DNA from: a virus
Direction: 5' to 3' (one strand)
DNA length: 64,000 bases
Virus record (IMG/VR): IMGVR_UViG_3300042314_000177
Location: 4,854-68,853 of that record
The stretch's first letter is position 1. Each line of letters opens with the position of its first letter. Positions 1 to 8,700 of this stretch are shown piece by piece. The translations under genes and the position numbers were made by a program. The notes under the pieces are model-generated. The model searched no databases. It was not told the origin of the DNA and worked only from the letters and a program-made list of their open reading frames with translations.

Positions 1-89
1 TGCTGTTGCTGCTGGCCTAATTGGACGGCTTTAAAAAACGTTTCTCCAGGCGATGGCGTTTTAAGTGTATAATCATAAGGCTGTACCAT
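1..89 (-). CDS. DNA ejection protein, N-terminal part only (positional homologue of 33712-34467)
   Basis: GAGG RBS then ATG at 89; MVQPYDYTLKTPSPGETFFKAVQLGQQQQ; follows the gp7-like gene. Confidence 0.7.
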   Translation of the reverse strand, partial: MVQPYDYTLKTPSPGETFFKAVQLGQQQQ

Positions 90-97
90 AAGTTACC

Positions 98-724
98 TCA
101 ATATCCTCTGCCGATTGCTAGGCCAGCAAACTGTGCTGGGAGCGATAGCGATTGCTGCCAAGCGTTAGCAGCGCCTAATTTTGCACCAGCCTGTGCTGCG
201 CCACCCTGCGCTAACAGACCAGAAATAGCACCAGCCGATTGCATCCCAGCAGTTCCAACGCCAGCAGCCGATTGCTGACCAAGCGAAGTCATGCCGCCAA
301 GTCGTCCGTACTGTTGCTCAAGGAACTGATTTAACAATTGAGGACGGAACTGGGCTAGTGCGCCCTGAATATTTCCGCCACGAAGCCCACCAGTTGCCGA
401 TGCGTTCTGCAAAAGAGCTTCCTCTTGCTGCCGCGCTAAAGCTTGAAACGCTGGGCTTTGCTCTTGTTGAGCTACATATTCTTGCTGTGCTTCTGGGCCA
501 GCAAGACCTAATGCTGCCATCTGCGCCTGAAGAGCAGGGCCACCAGCAGCTACATACGGCTGCAATAACCCACGCATTTCTTCACGAGCAGCCCTTGTTT
601 CAGCGACACCAGCTTGGCTGGCATCATACTGAAGCTGACCAGCGCTCTTTGCGGCTTTAGAACCGACAGCGCTACTCGCTAACTGAGTACCACCAACAAT
701 AAGTGCTGAGACTGGATCAGGCAT
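98..724 (-). CDS. DNA ejection/transfer protein, P22 gp7-like
   Basis: Gly/Ala/Gln-rich; LLQNASATGGLRGGN motif; position after tail hub genes. Confidence 0.85.
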   Translation of the reverse strand: MPDPVSALIVGGTQLASSAVGSKAAKSAGQLQYDASQAGVAETRAAREEMRGLLQPYVAAGGPALQAQMAALGLAGPEAQQEYVAQQEQSPAFQALARQQEEALLQNASATGGLRGGNIQGALAQFRPQLLNQFLEQQYGRLGGMTSLGQQSAAGVGTAGMQSAGAISGLLAQGGAAQAGAKLGAANAWQQSLSLPAQFAGLAIGRGY

Positions 725-1178
725 CAGACATTTCCTTCATATATTCATCAAGGCTTTCGCCATAAAGTTTTAACACAACGTGACCTATTTCCATTGCTGC
801 TTGCGTGCCGTGAACCAACTGCACTGTAGCAAGAACAATATCATAATATCCAGCACGCCAAACAAAACTGGTAGCGCACGCATCACCAGCTAGCTCAACA
901 GTATCAGACGCCTTCCATTTCAGGATTGCAGTGCTGACAAGGGGAAGCAGAACTGTGAAATGGGCTTGATAAAACGGATTAGCTGGCAATCCTACTAGCG
1001 CAGCCCAGATAGCTGCATCCGCATCGTCGCGATCGATCTTGTCGCCATCAACAATATCATCAAAAAGCTGAACAACTTGCCATAGGTCAATTAGCCATTC
1101 AACGGCAGCTTCGGGCAAGTCTAATGCTTCCACAAAGTTCCTACGCAACCAATATTCAGGCGTTCCGCTTTTAAGCAT
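717..1178 (-). CDS. Helical protein with DDxxD motif (isoprenyl-diphosphate/terpenoid synthase-like, putative)
   Basis: WQVVQLFDDIVDGD resembles the first aspartate-rich motif; overlaps the gp7-like start. Confidence 0.55.
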   Translation of the reverse strand: MLKSGTPEYWLRRNFVEALDLPEAAVEWLIDLWQVVQLFDDIVDGDKIDRDDADAAIWAALVGLPANPFYQAHFTVLLPLVSTAILKWKASDTVELAGDACATSFVWRAGYYDIVLATVQLVHGTQAAMEIGHVVLKLYGESLDEYMKEMSDA

Positions 1179-1195
1179 AGTAAGCTTTCTACTAT

Positions 1196-1260
1196 TGAGC
1201 CCCAGGCTGCTCTATAACGCTCTGTGGCAAAACCATATCACAATCAATCGTCAAATTCAA
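1196..1260 (-). promoter_or_regulatory. Promoter plus conserved structured leader of the ejection module (A)
   Basis: TTGAAT-N17-TATGGT then GCCACAGAGCGTTATAGAGCAGCCTGGGGCTCA; conserved at 36091-36156 although flanking genes differ. Confidence 0.6.
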
Positions 1261-1645
1261 ACTCTCGTTCTTCTTGTGCTTGACAAGAGCGTAAATCATG
1301 ACAGATGAACTCGAACTTATGGCAGTAGCCACGAAAGCCAGCATCAACGTCCCATTGGTTAAATGGAATCTTTTCCATCTTAGCTTGGGTCATTGTGCTG
1401 TTGTCGTAATACTCGCAGTTTGAGCAGCGACGGCGACGCGCCTCAGTCTCATCCACTTGCATAGCTTTGCCAAGCGCAATCCAGTATTCAGGATTAGCAT
1501 CGCGCTCGTTACTAGGGTTTTCAGGGCCAAGCATCCAATCGTCAATGACGATCTTGGTGTTCTTCTTGTTTTCAGCGGTGGTGATGAATGGCTCGCTCTC
1601 ACGTAGACCAGCAAAACCTTCAATAATCATCATTGGCTTTTTCAT
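1244..1645 (-). CDS. Cys-rich protein, HiPIP-like cysteine pattern
   Basis: CSNC...GYC...C...CQA; conserved at 36739-37134. Confidence 0.6.
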   Translation of the reverse strand: MKKPMMIIEGFAGLRESEPFITTAENKKNTKIVIDDWMLGPENPSNERDANPEYWIALGKAMQVDETEARRRRCSNCEYYDNSTMTQAKMEKIPFNQWDVDAGFRGYCHKFEFICHDLRSCQAQEEREFEFDD

Positions 1646-1980
1646 TAGCTCACGAGCCTCCCAGATGCACGAATGTTGATGGCTGAAGCTGTTCCAGCAA
1701 TCGTTGAGATGAAACCCGCTGGCGGGAGAACGTGTCCAACCAATTCAGGGAACGTATAAGTTTCCGCTGGCTGGAGCGTTTTGGTCTTGACAATCAAGTT
1801 GTCGTTTCCTGCGCTTCCCGAAGCAGCCACAAGGTTGACGCTGATTGTCGCGGCACTAACGCTGTAGTTAGTCGCTGTGAACTTATCGATAATCGTCTGC
1901 ACGCCAGTGGACGTATATTGTGTTGTTTGCGTGTTCTCTGCTGTCTTGGCAGGGATGATATTACTAATAGATACGGCCAT
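1645..1980 (-). CDS. Virion structural protein (putative)
   Basis: 111 aa, beta-rich; conserved at 37134-37469. Confidence 0.7.
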   Translation of the reverse strand: MAVSISNIIPAKTAENTQTTQYTSTGVQTIIDKFTATNYSVSAATISVNLVAASGSAGNDNLIVKTKTLQPAETYTFPELVGHVLPPAGFISTIAGTASAINIRASGRLVS

Positions 1981-1990
1981 ATCTTATTCC

Positions 1991-2632
1991 TTAATACAGC
2001 AAGTTGTTAAACGAGGCGGCTTGCATAATAACCCAATTTGTGCCGTTTGACACTAGTGTTGCCCAATTACCAGACACATTAGTCAAAATAGCAGTTCCAG
2101 CCGATCCACCGCCTTGCGGGATTACATCACTAGATGCTGAGACAAGCGTTTGATCTTGGTTGTTTTGAAATGTTAGATAACGCCCAGGATATGTTGCAGC
2201 CGATGGCAAGGTTACAGTGCAAGTCGATCCTGACTTGTTATTGATTATCCATGTTTCATTTGGTGCAACCGTGAAATCCGCTGTCTTAGTAACAACTACA
2301 GATGTCGGTATTGATGCCAATATTGCTAGTGAATCAAGCGGCGGTGGCGTCAATGCAAGGTCTTCAATCTGCGATTCAATAACCGCAAGTTGGCTTGCAC
2401 TTGCTGGGCTTGGCTCTTTGTTAAGAGCTTCGGCCAAGGCTGCAATCTCAGCAAGAGCGTCATTAGCCGCTTGACCTGAATTGCCAGCAGCGAACTCAAC
2501 ACCTGGGATGATATCGTTCGTGTTTGAATCAACAGTCGCAAACAGCCTTTCGAACTGCTTTATCTGCTCATGATCCTGTAAGAAGGACGCAAGCTGATCG
2601 CGTGTTAAGCTTAGCCTTGTCCGCGTTGCCAT
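1991..2632 (-). CDS. Tail needle/tail accessory protein (P22 gp26 position)
   Basis: Directly after gp10; coiled-coil N-terminus with beta C-terminal domain; conserved in B. Confidence 0.6.
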   Translation of the reverse strand: MATRTRLSLTRDQLASFLQDHEQIKQFERLFATVDSNTNDIIPGVEFAAGNSGQAANDALAEIAALAEALNKEPSPASASQLAVIESQIEDLALTPPPLDSLAILASIPTSVVVTKTADFTVAPNETWIINNKSGSTCTVTLPSAATYPGRYLTFQNNQDQTLVSASSDVIPQGGGSAGTAILTNVSGNWATLVSNGTNWVIMQAASFNNLLY

Positions 2633-4041
2633 TAGTAAGCTAACGGCTCAATCGCCGCCTCTAATCTAGCAAACGACATATGCGCGTCTGATGTGCCTTG
2701 GAATCTCTGTATGCGCCAGTTACGCATCCATCCCTGTTGGAACCAAACCAAACGCTTTGCACGCTGTCCTGTCTTGCCAGCATTGATAAACTTCTGCTGG
2801 CTGTAGGTTTGACCATCAGTGGAATAGCTGGTGTTGATTGTTGGCTCTACGCCATACGCTGCTGAACCAGTTAGGCCAACCAGTTCTAGGTTCTGAATGA
2901 TTGCGCCACGACCTTCGTTGTAAACAATCGTTGTGCCAAACTCCCAACGCACCTTCTGCCCGTAATGGCTTGAGATGTTGCTAACCATATAGCCTACAGA
3001 TGTATTTGTTGGGTCGCCTACCAGCCATTTGTCATAGCAATACACAAGGTTCTGTGCGCGGTACTTTGAAAGACCTACCAAGCTGCTTGTCAGGACAAAC
3101 CACACTGGCTGGCCTAAGTCTTGCGTAGCGGCAGCGTCAAATACAATCGTGCGATCGGGCAAGTGAATATAAAGATGCTCGTGCGCCTTATCGTTACGCG
3201 CCTCTAGCTTGACTGTAGACAGTTGCGCTTCGGTAAACTGAAGCAGGATTTGATCTATCTCTTGCGTGCTAATCTTATTCGTTTTGGCATTGCCGCCAAG
3301 ATAAACGCCTGGAGCTTCATTGAATCCGCTGCCAAGGAAAGCGATGCTCTCTAGATAAACGCAGCAAGCGTGTGTGCCGACAACGCCCTTTTCAATCTGA
3401 GCGCCATCAATGCGCTGGAACGGGAACAGGTCGCCGCCTACGTTGTCATATACTTCGATGGTGTTTCTGTTCAACGCGTATATCTCATTGCGTAGCTTGA
3501 GCAGTGCGACAACGGGATCAGGGTCAATTTCGGACGAACCATACTTCAGGGGATTAACCTGCGTTGGGTCACTTAGTTCCGTGACAATAAGAAACTCGCC
3601 ATCAGTGGTCATGAAGTAGCCATCTACCCAAACCACATCCAGAACGATGCCAAGGTCAGGGTCGGTTACTTGAACAAGGCCAAGGCTAGGCGACCAGTAA
3701 AAAAGGTCTTCGTTTGAAGCGATAGCCAAGCGATCGAAGCTGTAGTCCATCGTTACTAGTTGACCGTTGTTCCCAACGTCACCCAGAATCGTTATTGCAC
3801 CTGTGCTGGACACTATAACGAGCTTAGAACCCATCACGCGATAGCAGACGCCATTCCAGTTGATGCCGCCACGATCAACGCCTGGGCCAGTGCCGTTAGC
3901 CACCAAGCCATCAGCAGGACGCAGGAAGCCTTCGCTAATCCCATTACTCTTTGGCACTGGAATCATATTGACAGGATAGGACGTGCGAAAGTCCGGCCCA
4001 TTGTCCGTATAGATGCCGCTAAGGATTGGAATCTGCGTCAT
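2632..4041 (-). CDS. Tail hub / DNA stabilization protein, P22 gp10-like
   Basis: 469 aa; size, N-terminus and position typical of gp10. Confidence 0.9.
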   Translation of the reverse strand: MTQIPILSGIYTDNGPDFRTSYPVNMIPVPKSNGISEGFLRPADGLVANGTGPGVDRGGINWNGVCYRVMGSKLVIVSSTGAITILGDVGNNGQLVTMDYSFDRLAIASNEDLFYWSPSLGLVQVTDPDLGIVLDVVWVDGYFMTTDGEFLIVTELSDPTQVNPLKYGSSEIDPDPVVALLKLRNEIYALNRNTIEVYDNVGGDLFPFQRIDGAQIEKGVVGTHACCVYLESIAFLGSGFNEAPGVYLGGNAKTNKISTQEIDQILLQFTEAQLSTVKLEARNDKAHEHLYIHLPDRTIVFDAAATQDLGQPVWFVLTSSLVGLSKYRAQNLVYCYDKWLVGDPTNTSVGYMVSNISSHYGQKVRWEFGTTIVYNEGRGAIIQNLELVGLTGSAAYGVEPTINTSYSTDGQTYSQQKFINAGKTGQRAKRLVWFQQGWMRNWRIQRFQGTSDAHMSFARLEAAIEPLAY

Positions 4042-4050
4042 GGATATATG

Positions 4051-4185
4051 TTATTCCAGCAGGAGAAAGCCGCCATCTTCCAGAGTCAGGAAATCGCCAT
4101 TCTCTAAAAGAAGCGCACCAAGTACGGGGCCACCGTCTGCATTGAAATAACGCAAACGAGACCGAAGGCGCGTTAGCAAAAACAT
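4051..4185 (-). CDS. 44-aa protein with LLLENGDFLTLEDGGFLLLE motif (not in ORF track)
   Basis: TAATG coupling to the upstream gene; same length and nearly same sequence at 39549-39683. Confidence 0.7.
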   Translation of the reverse strand: MFLLTRLRSRLRYFNADGGPVLGALLLENGDFLTLEDGGFLLLE

Positions 4186-4487
4186 TAGAAGCCTTCGCCT
4201 GGAATGATGTGAAGCGAACCACCGCCAGCAGGGGCGATGTATGCAATCCGATCATAATCCAAAAACTTGCTGATGGTGACCTGACCGTTTGGCGGAACAA
4301 GATAGTCAGCAGTCGTTGCAGCCAAGCCAGCGCCAGTTCCAACGCGCACAAAGCACTCAACCGAATTGCGGCTGGTAATGCAAAGGGTAGTCACGTTAGC
4401 ACCGAACACAGAGTTCGCACTTGTGCTGCCAGGGGTTACGGCAATAGCTTGTCCGTAAGCTGGGGCGAATGTTCTGATATTATCCAT
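4185..4487 (-). CDS. Virion structural protein (putative)
   Basis: 100 aa; conserved at 39683-39985. Confidence 0.7.
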   Translation of the reverse strand: MDNIRTFAPAYGQAIAVTPGSTSANSVFGANVTTLCITSRNSVECFVRVGTGAGLAATTADYLVPPNGQVTISKFLDYDRIAYIAPAGGGSLHIIPGEGF

Positions 4488-4499
4488 AAATCAATTCCT

Positions 4500-4781
4500 T
4501 TACCACTTAATCTTGTCCGACCAGAAGGCCGCGCTCATTTTGCCCTTAGCTATATTCTTTGCGTGTCTAGCCTTAAATGATGCGCGGCGCTTCTTGTTAG
4601 ATTCGCTTTCGCCCTTGCTGGCAGGAGAACCCATAACGCCCTGTTGCCCAAAACGGATTGTCCTGATCTTATCGCCTTCTTTGGCGACCACAACGTGCGA
4701 CTTCTTCGGATGCGATGGTGTGCGCTTTGGTTTGTTATAACCAGCGACACCAGCACGAGTAAGGCGCGAATCCTTTTTCAC
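4500..4781 (-). CDS. Small basic protein
   Basis: Lys/Arg-rich, IRFGQQG...RASFKARH...SAAFW; conserved in B. Confidence 0.75.
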   Translation of the reverse strand: MKKDSRLTRAGVAGYNKPKRTPSHPKKSHVVVAKEGDKIRTIRFGQQGVMGSPASKGESESNKKRRASFKARHAKNIAKGKMSAAFWSDKIKW

Positions 4782-4790
4782 TTGGACAGC

Positions 4791-4913
4791 TTACTTCTTT
4801 TTCTTCTTGGCTTTGGTCATTGTCATTGCCTTGCCAGCTTTAGCGGCGGCTTTCTTAGCCATCGCCATACCTTTTGCATCGTAGCTGAACTTTTTTCCAC
4901 CGACCATTGGCAT
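4791..4913 (-). CDS. 40-aa Lys/Ala-rich protein (not in ORF track)
   Basis: AGGAG RBS; MPMVGGKKFSYDAKGMAMAKKAAAKAGK...KKKKK; conserved at 40298-40420. Confidence 0.75.
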   Translation of the reverse strand: MPMVGGKKFSYDAKGMAMAKKAAAKAGKAMTMTKAKKKKK

Positions 4914-4926
4914 TTCAATTCTCCTA

Positions 4927-6114
4927 TTAGAAAGTTACGTAAAGATTAAACGCTTCAAGGCGCATCAGGTTATTCGCAGTCGCTGGCTTTGCAGTGATTG
5001 TAAATGTCTGATCCTGTGTAGTGTCAACGCTCAAGAACACGTTGGCACCAGTCGATAGGCCATGACCTATAGAAGTTGTTGAGTTGCTGACAACTTGTGA
5101 GCCACCACGATTGTATAGTAGCTTCTGAACAGACGCGCTGGTGTTGTTTGCCGCAGCAGCAGCCAAGAGAACGCCGCCGCCATATGTCATGCCCAAGGTT
5201 TTAACTGTAGCGTTATTGGTCAACGTGAACAGAGCGTCAATCTCCATGCCGCCACCAACGCCCATTGACCAGCCAGGGACTGTGACGGATGCTAGAGTAA
5301 TTTCGGTGTTAGCTACAGCAACAACTGCAACGCCGTACCAAACAAGAGCAGTTTGTGTGCCAGACTGCGTACCGCTGGTGGTGACTGCTGCGCCTCCTGC
5401 TGATGTGGACACGGTGAAGGTGTTGGCTGAAAGCACTTCCTTCACATAGTATGTGGTGTTGATAGCCAATCCGGTAGGCAATGCACCAGTAGTGGTGAAA
5501 CGGATAGTGTCATTTACTGATCGGCCATGTGCTGCCCAAGTCACTACGCCAGGTGCAGCAATGCTAATCGTTACAGTTGACGAAACGTAAGGTAGGTCGA
5601 TTGTTACCTCCTCAGTATCTGTATCAGCGTCTACAACTTCATAAAAGCCTGTGGTCGCCGTCCCACCTGTCCAAGTGATATACAGGCTCGCGCCTTGCGA
5701 AACTGCATTGGTGAGGCCATGAACGCCAGCACTTACCAATTTAACATCACCCGCGTTATCCGCATAGGTGAGCGTAACAAAGGTAGCGGCTGGCTCAACT
5801 AAAGCAACAGCCTCAAGGCTACCGATTGTCAATAGCGGGAAGTCACGCAAAGAAGGTTGAGCGCCTACGTCATATTGCGCTGTTGACTCAAGTCCGCTGG
5901 TAATACGCACAGTGCGATCAACAGGATATGGGCCAAACATCTGTGCGCTGTTAGAAAGCGAAGCGATCTGGGTGTAGGATTCATAGCTTGCTGGGCCAAT
6001 TGGCTCAAGCGATACAGTTGTGGCATCGTTACCTACATTCCCAATGCTGATATATTGACCAGCAGGAACAAGGACGTCTGTAATAGTCTGAGTAAGACCT
6101 GGTTGAATAATCAT
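4927..6114 (-). CDS. Virion structural/decoration protein
   Basis: 395 aa Thr/Ala/Gly-rich beta protein in the morphogenesis operon; conserved in B. Confidence 0.7.
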   Translation of the reverse strand: MIIQPGLTQTITDVLVPAGQYISIGNVGNDATTVSLEPIGPASYESYTQIASLSNSAQMFGPYPVDRTVRITSGLESTAQYDVGAQPSLRDFPLLTIGSLEAVALVEPAATFVTLTYADNAGDVKLVSAGVHGLTNAVSQGASLYITWTGGTATTGFYEVVDADTDTEEVTIDLPYVSSTVTISIAAPGVVTWAAHGRSVNDTIRFTTTGALPTGLAINTTYYVKEVLSANTFTVSTSAGGAAVTTSGTQSGTQTALVWYGVAVVAVANTEITLASVTVPGWSMGVGGGMEIDALFTLTNNATVKTLGMTYGGGVLLAAAAANNTSASVQKLLYNRGGSQVVSNSTTSIGHGLSTGANVFLSVDTTQDQTFTITAKPATANNLMRLEAFNLYVTF

Positions 6115-6140
6115 TTCAAAGTTCCCCTAACGAATTAGAA

Positions 6141-6467
6141 TTAGCCCACGAACCAGCTAGTGCCATTGCTGAACACTGGAACTTGGTTTGAACCACCACC
6201 AGCAGCGGCAGCGTTGAAGGTTGTTGTGTTGCAGTTTGTGATGAACGCACGCGCACCAGCATTGCCAACAGCGTTAGGCAACTGGTCAAAGCGCACAGGC
6301 GTTGTCTGCACCGACGAACAAGTGACAGCGCCAAAGTTTACCTGAATGTATTCAATAAGCGTTGTGACAGAGCAACGACGAGCGTCACCTTGGTTGGTTA
6401 CGAACAGCGGTAACTGATCTCCACCATGAACCTGTGTTACGGTTGGAAGCTGATTAATTGTAGGCAT
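6141..6467 (-). CDS. Virion structural protein (putative)
   Basis: 108 aa; conserved at 41647-41973. Confidence 0.7.
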   Translation of the reverse strand: MPTINQLPTVTQVHGGDQLPLFVTNQGDARRCSVTTLIEYIQVNFGAVTCSSVQTTPVRFDQLPNAVGNAGARAFITNCNTTTFNAAAAGGGSNQVPVFSNGTSWFVG

Positions 6468-6470
6468 GGT

Positions 6471-6950
6471 TTAACTCCATTCAAATGGGCCATCAGGCCC
6501 TGCATTTAGAGGATCGTAAGGAATCTGGACGAAAGGATTATCCCAGCGCCAAGGCTTGTTGCCCTGACCTAATGGCATTGTTGATGGAAGTTGTTGTTCA
6601 AGCGGGAATGTAGCACGTTGCAGCAATACATTGTAAGCGCCCTTAGCCGATACCTTAGTGTCAGGAGATACGGCCTTGCCGTAGCCAGGGGCAATCCGAA
6701 TGGCTAGGTTGGTGATGATAGCTTCCCATGCGCTGTCAGGCACATTGGTTTCTGTATCCAGGTCGCTGTCTTGTGGGCTGCTTGGCATTGCATAGCCAAG
6801 ACGGATGCCAGCAGCATTCCATTCAGCAATCATGGAATCTAAACGGCGCAAAGCAGCCTCTAGCTGTTCAGGCTGAAGGTCAAATACGTAATCTGCCATG
6901 CCAATTTCTTCAAAGGCTGACGTTACGAACTGGCGCTTTGTGTAACCCAT
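6471..6950 (-). CDS. Head-tail adaptor, P22 gp4-like
   Basis: TKRQFVTSAFEEIG...LRRLDSMIAEW...NLAIRIAPGYG pattern. Confidence 0.9.
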   Translation of the reverse strand: MGYTKRQFVTSAFEEIGMADYVFDLQPEQLEAALRRLDSMIAEWNAAGIRLGYAMPSSPQDSDLDTETNVPDSAWEAIITNLAIRIAPGYGKAVSPDTKVSAKGAYNVLLQRATFPLEQQLPSTMPLGQGNKPWRWDNPFVQIPYDPLNAGPDGPFEWS

Positions 6951-7009
6951 TTAAACCTCCAAGTTCAATGCGCTGCCTTATATCAGAAAATAACGCATTA
7001 AACGAATAA
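6951..7009 (-). pseudogene. Degenerate 3' remnant of the 105-aa gene present in B (42458-42775)
   Basis: TCGTTTAATGC...TTCTGATATAA shared with the 3' end of the B gene; the rest is absent. Confidence 0.6.
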
Positions 7010-7186
7010 CTATTTCTTCTTCGCCTTAACTGGCTTTGCAGTCTTTGCAGACGCAATGAAGGCAGCTTTTGTCGGCGCACCCTTGCTGCCAACTTTCCGC
7101 ATACGCTCTGGTGTTTTGCCAGCAGCCTTCTGCGCCTTGATGCGCTTACGCTTCGCATTGATATTTGCGTACAGGCCCATCTTCAT
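7010..7186 (-). CDS. 58-aa Lys-rich protein (not in ORF track)
   Basis: MKMGLYANINAKRKRIKAQK...; ATGA overlap; conserved at 42772-42948. Confidence 0.8.
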   Translation of the reverse strand: MKMGLYANINAKRKRIKAQKAAGKTPERMRKVGSKGAPTKAAFIASAKTAKPVKAKKK

Positions 7187-7356
7187 TTCTTTGCCTTCCG
7201 CTTAGGAGCCTTCGATGGCTTGCCTGCTTTCATTGCGGCTTCGCGTGCTACATTGAGCGCAATGGCGATGGCTTGCTTTTTAGGGCGACCAGCTTTTTCT
7301 TCCATCTTGATATTCTTGCCGATGCTTGCGCGGCTAAAACCTTTTTTCAATGGCAT
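7183..7356 (-). CDS. 57-aa Lys-rich protein (not in ORF track)
   Basis: AAGGAG RBS; MPLKKGFSRASIGKNIKMEEKAGRPKKQAIAIAL; conserved at 42945-43118. Confidence 0.8.
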   Translation of the reverse strand: MPLKKGFSRASIGKNIKMEEKAGRPKKQAIAIALNVAREAAMKAGKPSKAPKRKAKK

Positions 7357-7369
7357 TGGTTCTCTCCTT

Positions 7370-7401
7370 AAAGGAAAGAGGGGGAAGCCGAAGCCTCCCC
7401 C
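7370..7401 (-). terminator. Intrinsic terminator after the coat gene
   Basis: GGGGGAGGC-TTCG-GCTTCCCCC followed by a T-rich tail. Confidence 0.75.
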
Positions 7402-7408
7402 ATCTCTA

Positions 7409-8683
7409 TTATACTTGGTTGAAAAGCAGGATGCCTGCCATTTCTGGGTTCGTCATTACCACACCATACAGTGTGTCCAGCGTGTAAAGCGTCTGGAAGG
7501 TCAGTGGATCGAACTTCTTGGTCATGACCAATTCGATGCCCTGATCTGTAGCAGCACGAAGAACGTCAACGCCAGCGCCATCTGGAACAGCATAACGACC
7601 TGGGAGGAGTTCAATCGAATCCTTGCGCCAGAACGGGTTGATGTTCGATGCAGTGGTGTTGAGGAAGTTCAACGATGCAGTTGCCGAAGTCGATGCAACC
7701 TCAACGTTCTGATACTGAAGTTCAGCATCAGTTGGTGACGAGTTAGCGCCGATGATTGGCGGACTGATAACCATCGAAGTGCCATCAACAATTTCGATAA
7801 CGCGGAAGGTCTTCAACTGACCTGTGCTGCGCTTCGTGATGTGATGAACAGCTTCGATACCAGTGATCGTGAACGCATCGCCAGCAAGAATGCCAGTTGT
7901 CGAGGAGACAGTGACAGTCTGATAGCGGTTGTCTACGTTCAGAACGCCACCAACGTTGGTAACAGTTGCCTTTGGAACGTAACGAACTTGTGCGCCGTTG
8001 GTTGCAATCGTGCGTGTTGCCGAGTTTGCATTGCAACGGTTAGCGTAATCAAGCTTGTAGGTTTCAAAGCCAGCTACTGGGCCAACATACGAACGCTCAT
8101 ACGCGTTTGCAGACTTGTTGCCAGTGAACGAACGAGTTGCGATCGCCAAGTTACCAGCCATGCCGTTGTAATCGCGGCTCGACAAAGCGAGGTAACGATC
8201 TTCAGCCATAACGCCCTGTTCGTTCATGATGCTGTCGCAAAGCGCGATGTCATCATAATCGCCAGCAGCAGTTGCTACGTCAACAACAAGCGTACCCTGA
8301 GCAGCAGCCAAATCCATAACGGAAAGGTTGATGTCCGAAGCAAGTTTCTGCTTTGCAGCAGCGCCCAAACGATCTTCTTGCAATGCGTCACGAAGTTCCA
8401 AAGCATTCATTTCCCATGCCGAGCAAGGGCTGAAGCCCAAGGTCGAAGGAACAGAAAGCTGGGTCATCGTCGAAACACTAGAAGCAATCGAGCTGCCGAT
8501 GGTACGTGTGAACGACTGAGCGATGTATGGTTGCGGACGCCACATGGTGTCACGAGCGCGTTCCATAGTTACGCCGTTGGTGTTGTAGATGTTGATGTTC
8601 TTTGACAGAATCAAAGCATCGTTGAAGCCTTCAAGAATGTTCTCAAAGGCAACAATTTCTTCTTTTGAAAAAGCGTTAGCCAT
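7409..8683 (-). CDS. Major capsid protein, P22 gp5-like
   Basis: 424 aa; MANAFSKEE...WRPQPYI...NPEMAGI; follows the scaffold gene. Confidence 0.92.
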   Translation of the reverse strand: MANAFSKEEIVAFENILEGFNDALILSKNINIYNTNGVTMERARDTMWRPQPYIAQSFTRTIGSSIASSVSTMTQLSVPSTLGFSPCSAWEMNALELRDALQEDRLGAAAKQKLASDINLSVMDLAAAQGTLVVDVATAAGDYDDIALCDSIMNEQGVMAEDRYLALSSRDYNGMAGNLAIATRSFTGNKSANAYERSYVGPVAGFETYKLDYANRCNANSATRTIATNGAQVRYVPKATVTNVGGVLNVDNRYQTVTVSSTTGILAGDAFTITGIEAVHHITKRSTGQLKTFRVIEIVDGTSMVISPPIIGANSSPTDAELQYQNVEVASTSATASLNFLNTTASNINPFWRKDSIELLPGRYAVPDGAGVDVLRAATDQGIELVMTKKFDPLTFQTLYTLDTLYGVVMTNPEMAGILLFNQV

Positions 8684-8700
8684 TATATTAACTCCAGAAT

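Noticed and set aside
1196-1228. Resemblance to an SAH riboswitch (GAGCGUU...GGCUC)
   Set aside because: No downstream pseudoknot partner seen, and the B copy changes GAGCG to GAGCC; kept only as an unnamed leader.
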